Shown here: positions 60,819-64,000 of the stretch, piece after piece
Numbering within the stretch: the first letter of the stretch is position 1
Layout of the letters: each line of letters opens with the position of its first letter
DNA from: Longimicrobiales bacterium
GTDB taxonomy: Bacteria > Gemmatimonadota > Gemmatimonadetes > Longimicrobiales > Gaopeijiaceae
Direction of reading: 5' to 3'
Assembly: GCA_965116905.1 (NCBI GenBank)
Contig: OZ220732.1
Span: 3,072,001 to 3,136,000 of the forward strand
DNA: 64,000 nucleotides
Notes under the pieces: generated by a model
Seen by the model: only the letters and a program-made list of their open reading frames with translations
The model's database searches: none
Told to the model about the DNA's origin: nothing
Translations under genes and position numbers: made by a program

Positions 60819-63596
60819 TCAACCCCGCTCGGTACCCGTCAGGGTGCGGGCAACCTCCTGCACCTGGTAGGTCTCCACGATGTCGCCCACCTTCAGATCG
60901 TTGAAGTTCGCGATGCCGATCCCGCATTCGAAGCCTTCCTTCACCTCCCGGACATCCTCCTTGAAGCGCCGGAGCGACCCGATCTCACCGTCGTAGATTA
61001 CGACGCCATCGCGGATGACGCGGGCCAGCCCACCGCGCTTGACCATGCCCTCCACGATGTAGCTTCCGGCGATCGTGCCGACTCCGCGGATCTTGAAGAT
61101 GACGCGGGCCTCCGCCGCCCCCAGCACGCTTTCGCGGCGCTCGGGTGCCAGCAGCCCCTCCAGCGCGGCCCTGACGTCGTCCACCGCCTCGTAGATGACG
61201 TCGTAGACCTGGATGTCCACGGCTTCACGTGACGAAGCCTGGCGGGCCAGCGCGTCGGGGCGGACCCGGAAGCCGATGATGACACCCCCGGCGGCGAGCG
61301 CAAGCATGACGTCGGACTCGTTGATCGCCCCGACGCCGCGATGGACGATCTCCACCTGCACCTCGTCGGTGGACAACTGCTCCAGGGCGTCGCAGAGGGC
61401 CTGAACGGAGCCGTCCACATCTCCCTTGACGACCAGCCGCAGGGTCCCGACATCGCCTGCCGCCAGCAACTGCGTGAAGTCGCCGAGCTTGATGCCCCGC
61501 TGCTTGATCCGCAACTGCTTCTCCCGGTCGAGCCGCTGGCGGTTGGCGGCGATGGAGGCAGCCTGGTCGGCCCCCATGACCTGGAACACGTCACCGGCCT
61601 GGGGCACTCCGGCCACCCCGAGGATCTGCACGGGAGTCCCGGGGCCCACGGCGTCGACGCCCTGACCGCGCTCGTCGAGCAGCGCGCGCACGCGCCCGTC
61701 GTGGAGCCCCACGACGAAGCTGTCGCCGACGCGCAGCGTCCCGGTCTGAACGAGAATCGTCGCCAGGGGTCCCTTGCCGATGTCCAGTTCGGCCTCGACG
61801 ACCGCTCCGACGGCGTCCCGGGCGGGGTTCGCCTTCAGTTCGAGGATCTCCGCCTGCAGGAGGACCTTCTCGAGCAGGTCGTCCATGCCCTCGCCGGTCT
61901 TGGCCGATACCTCCGCCACGAGGGTCTCGCCGCCGAAGTCCTCGACCGTGACCTCGTGCTGAAGCAGGTCCTGCTTGACCTTGTCGGCGTTCGCCGTGGG
62001 AAGGTCGATCTTGTTGATGGCCACCACGATGGGCACGCCGGCGGTCTTCGCATGACTGATCGCCTCGATGGTCTGCGGCATCACGGCGTCATCGGCCGCG
62101 ACGACGAGCACGACCAGATCGGTGACATCCGCGCCGCGCGCCCGCATCGCCGTGAAGGCAGCGTGCCCGGGGGTGTCGAGGAACGAAATGGTGCGGGCGT
62201 CGTCGAGTGCGACGTGATACGCCCCGATGTGCTGGGTGATGCCGCCGGCCTCGCCGGCCACGACGTTGGTGTCGCGGATCCAGTCGAGAAGCTTCGTCTT
62301 GCCGTGGTCCACGTGGCCCATCACGGTCACCACCGGGGGACGTGGACGCAGGTCCGCGGGATCGTCCTCTTCGGCCTGCTCCTCCGAAGGGGGCAGGTAG
62401 TCGGTCTCGCGAACGGCCGTGAAGCCGAACTCCTCGAGGAGCAACTCGATCTGGTCGAAGTCCAGCCTCTGATTGATGGTGACCAGCAGACCCATGTTCT
62501 TGAAGGCCCAGCCGATGATCTCGGTCGGGCTGACATCCACGAGTTCCGCCAGTTCGGCAACCGTGAGGAATTCGTTGACCCGCACGGTTCGCTCTTCGAC
62601 GGACCTCGCCTCGGCCGCGCGTTCCTCCGCCGCAACCCGCTCCTCCTTGGCCGCGGCCACTGCGCCCTTCCCCCGCTTGCGCTTCTTGCGGCCGCCCTTG
62701 ATCTCGGCCATGACCCGCTGGATGTTCTGCCTGGCCACGTCGCGGTCCGCGCCCTTGCGGCGGCGACCCTTCTTCCGTGCCCTCTTGCGACGGCCGTCCG
62801 AAGTGTATCCCTCGGCCTGGATCCGCACGCGGCCTCCGGGACCCGCGCTTGCCGCCGGCTCCGGCTTGCCCGGCGTGGGAGGCCCGGCACCCGGTCTGTC
62901 CCTTGCGCGGGTCGGCTTGAAGCCCGTGCGCGCGGCAAGGGGCGGCTCGGGCCGGGCAAGCGCCGCGCCATCGGCGGCGGCATCTTCGGTCCCGTCCGCC
63001 GCCGACGGCGCGAATCCGTCTTCGGGAGCCTCCGAAACCGCCAGCCCGGCCTCATCGGCCTGCTCTTCGGCGACGGGCACCGCCGGAACCTCGTCTCCGG
63101 CGGCTGAATCGGCGACAGCGGCCGGCTCGTCGGCCAAAGGCGCGTCGGGCTTCGGTGAATCCGTCTCCTCCGCGGCCGGCACCGCTTCGGCCTCGTGGGG
63201 CTCGTCGGCCTCGGTCCCGGGAATCTCCGGCGCAATCGCAACTTCCAGTCCGAGGGCCGGGTCCGTCGCTTCGACGCCCTTCTCGATGTCGGCGACCGCG
63301 TCCTCCGGAGCCTCCGCCACGGCCGTCTGACTCTCCACGGGAGCACGGCGGCGGGAGGGCGCGCGCCGACGCCGCCGGCTCACCGGTCTCCGCGCCTTGA
63401 CCGCAGCCTGCATCACATCGGCGGCCTCACCGTGGCCCGCCCTGCGTTCACGCTCCAGGCGCGTGCGGATGAGCGCGACATCGACGTCCCTGATCGGAGC
63501 GTCGGGGTGCCCGACGCGCACACCCGACTCCCGCAGAAACCTCAGAAGCACATCGGCATTGACCTTGAGGTCCGTCGCCAGTTCCTTCACCCGCAT
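60819..63596 (-). CDS. infB: Translation initiation factor IF-2
   Basis: MRVKELA N-terminus, [44 protein letters not shown]. Confidence 0.98.
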   Translation of the reverse strand: MRVKELATDLKVNADVLLRFLRESGVRVGHPDAPIRDVDVALIRTRLERERRAGHGEAADVMQAAVKARRPVSRRRRRAPSRRRAPVESQTAVAEAPEDAVADIEKGVEATDPALGLEVAIAPEIPGTEADEPHEAEAVPAAEETDSPKPDAPLADEPAAVADSAAGDEVPAVPVAEEQADEAGLAVSEAPEDGFAPSAADGTEDAAADGAALARPEPPLAARTGFKPTRARDRPGAGPPTPGKPEPAASAGPGGRVRIQAEGYTSDGRRKRARKKGRRRKGADRDVARQNIQRVMAEIKGGRKKRKRGKGAVAAAKEERVAAEERAAEARSVEERTVRVNEFLTVAELAELVDVSPTEIIGWAFKNMGLLVTINQRLDFDQIELLLEEFGFTAVRETDYLPPSEEQAEEDDPADLRPRPPVVTVMGHVDHGKTKLLDWIRDTNVVAGEAGGITQHIGAYHVALDDARTISFLDTPGHAAFTAMRARGADVTDLVVLVVAADDAVMPQTIEAISHAKTAGVPIVVAINKIDLPTANADKVKQDLLQHEVTVEDFGGETLVAEVSAKTGEGMDDLLEKVLLQAEILELKANPARDAVGAVVEAELDIGKGPLATILVQTGTLRVGDSFVVGLHDGRVRALLDERGQGVDAVGPGTPVQILGVAGVPQAGDVFQVMGADQAASIAANRQRLDREKQLRIKQRGIKLGDFTQLLAAGDVGTLRLVVKGDVDGSVQALCDALEQLSTDEVQVEIVHRGVGAINESDVMLALAAGGVIIGFRVRPDALARQASSREAVDIQVYDVIYEAVDDVRAALEGLLAPERRESVLGAAEARVIFKIRGVGTIAGSYIVEGMVKRGGLARVIRDGVVIYDGEIGSLRRFKEDVREVKEGFECGIGIANFNDLKVGDIVETYQVQEVARTLTGTERG

Positions 63597-64000
63597 CAGG
63601 CCGGCCCACCCCCTCCGCTTGCAGACTCCTGACCCGCACGGACCGACTCGGAGTCGACCACGGTGAGATCCTCGATCAGGGTAAGGAGCTGCGCTGCCGC
63701 GTCCTCGGTCACCCCGTCCACCGCCAGGAAGTCGGCGCGGTCGAGGTCGATGATGTCGAGGAAACTGTCGTAGCCGGCCGAAGCCAGCGCGTTCAGCGTC
63801 GACGCGTCCAGTGAAAGTTCGCTCAGCGGGAAGTCGGCCGTTTCGTAGGAATCCGCCTCTTCCTCCACGAACAGGGACATGTCCGCGCCACGCTCCAGCC
63901 ACTCGCGCGAGCCGTACAGATCGATCTGCCATCCGATCAGCTGGGACGCGAGGCGGACGTTCTGGCCGTTCCTGCCGATGGCCAGCGAGAGCTGATCCTC
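63596..64000 (-). CDS. nusA: Transcription termination factor NusA, 3' part only
   Basis: Hand translation [28 protein letters not shown] (KH2) plus an acidic HhH tail; stop overlaps the infB ATG. Confidence 0.95.
   Translation of the reverse strand, partial: EDQLSLAIGRNGQNVRLASQLIGWQIDLYGSREWLERGADMSLFVEEEADSYETADFPLSELSLDASTLNALASAGYDSFLDIIDLDRADFLAVDGVTEDAAAQLLTLIEDLTVVDSESVRAGQESASGGGGPA

Overview
High-GC (roughly 70%) bacterial chromosomal segment, almost all core genome. Gene content and order suggest Gemmatimonadota (inference only). Most genes lie on the minus strand in tightly coupled runs: nusA-infB-DUF503-rbfA-truB-ribF-rpsO-pnp-M16 peptidase-ald/dut; mreBCD-mrdA-rodA-accD-folC-hisS-proS-lysA-guaA; clpB; trxA-rsmI-DUF4159-DUF4175-TPR-conserved secreted protein-JAB/DinG; valS-Ig-like lipoprotein-selA-gmhB-iscA-MBL-purN-purH-tRNA-Ser; ispG and an RND adaptor. 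I found no CRISPR array, integrase or transposase. Best leads: (1) an in-frame alanine dehydrogenase-dUTPase fusion with all dUTPase motifs intact; (2) a lipoprotein with about 30 D-[ST]-[AVILMT] motifs, the Bacteroidota O-glycosylation sequon; (3) downstream of tRNA-Ser, a duplicated tRNA 3' end, an ABC/AAA ATPase with degenerate Walker motifs and a convergent RecG-C/HATPase_c_4 protein lacking its usual AlbA domain; (4) three TGCCA-N3-TGGC boxes upstream of clpB; (5) a JAB-DinG fusion closing an operon of uncharacterised envelope proteins. All family calls come from motif recognition by eye; no searches were run. Start codons are best estimates.
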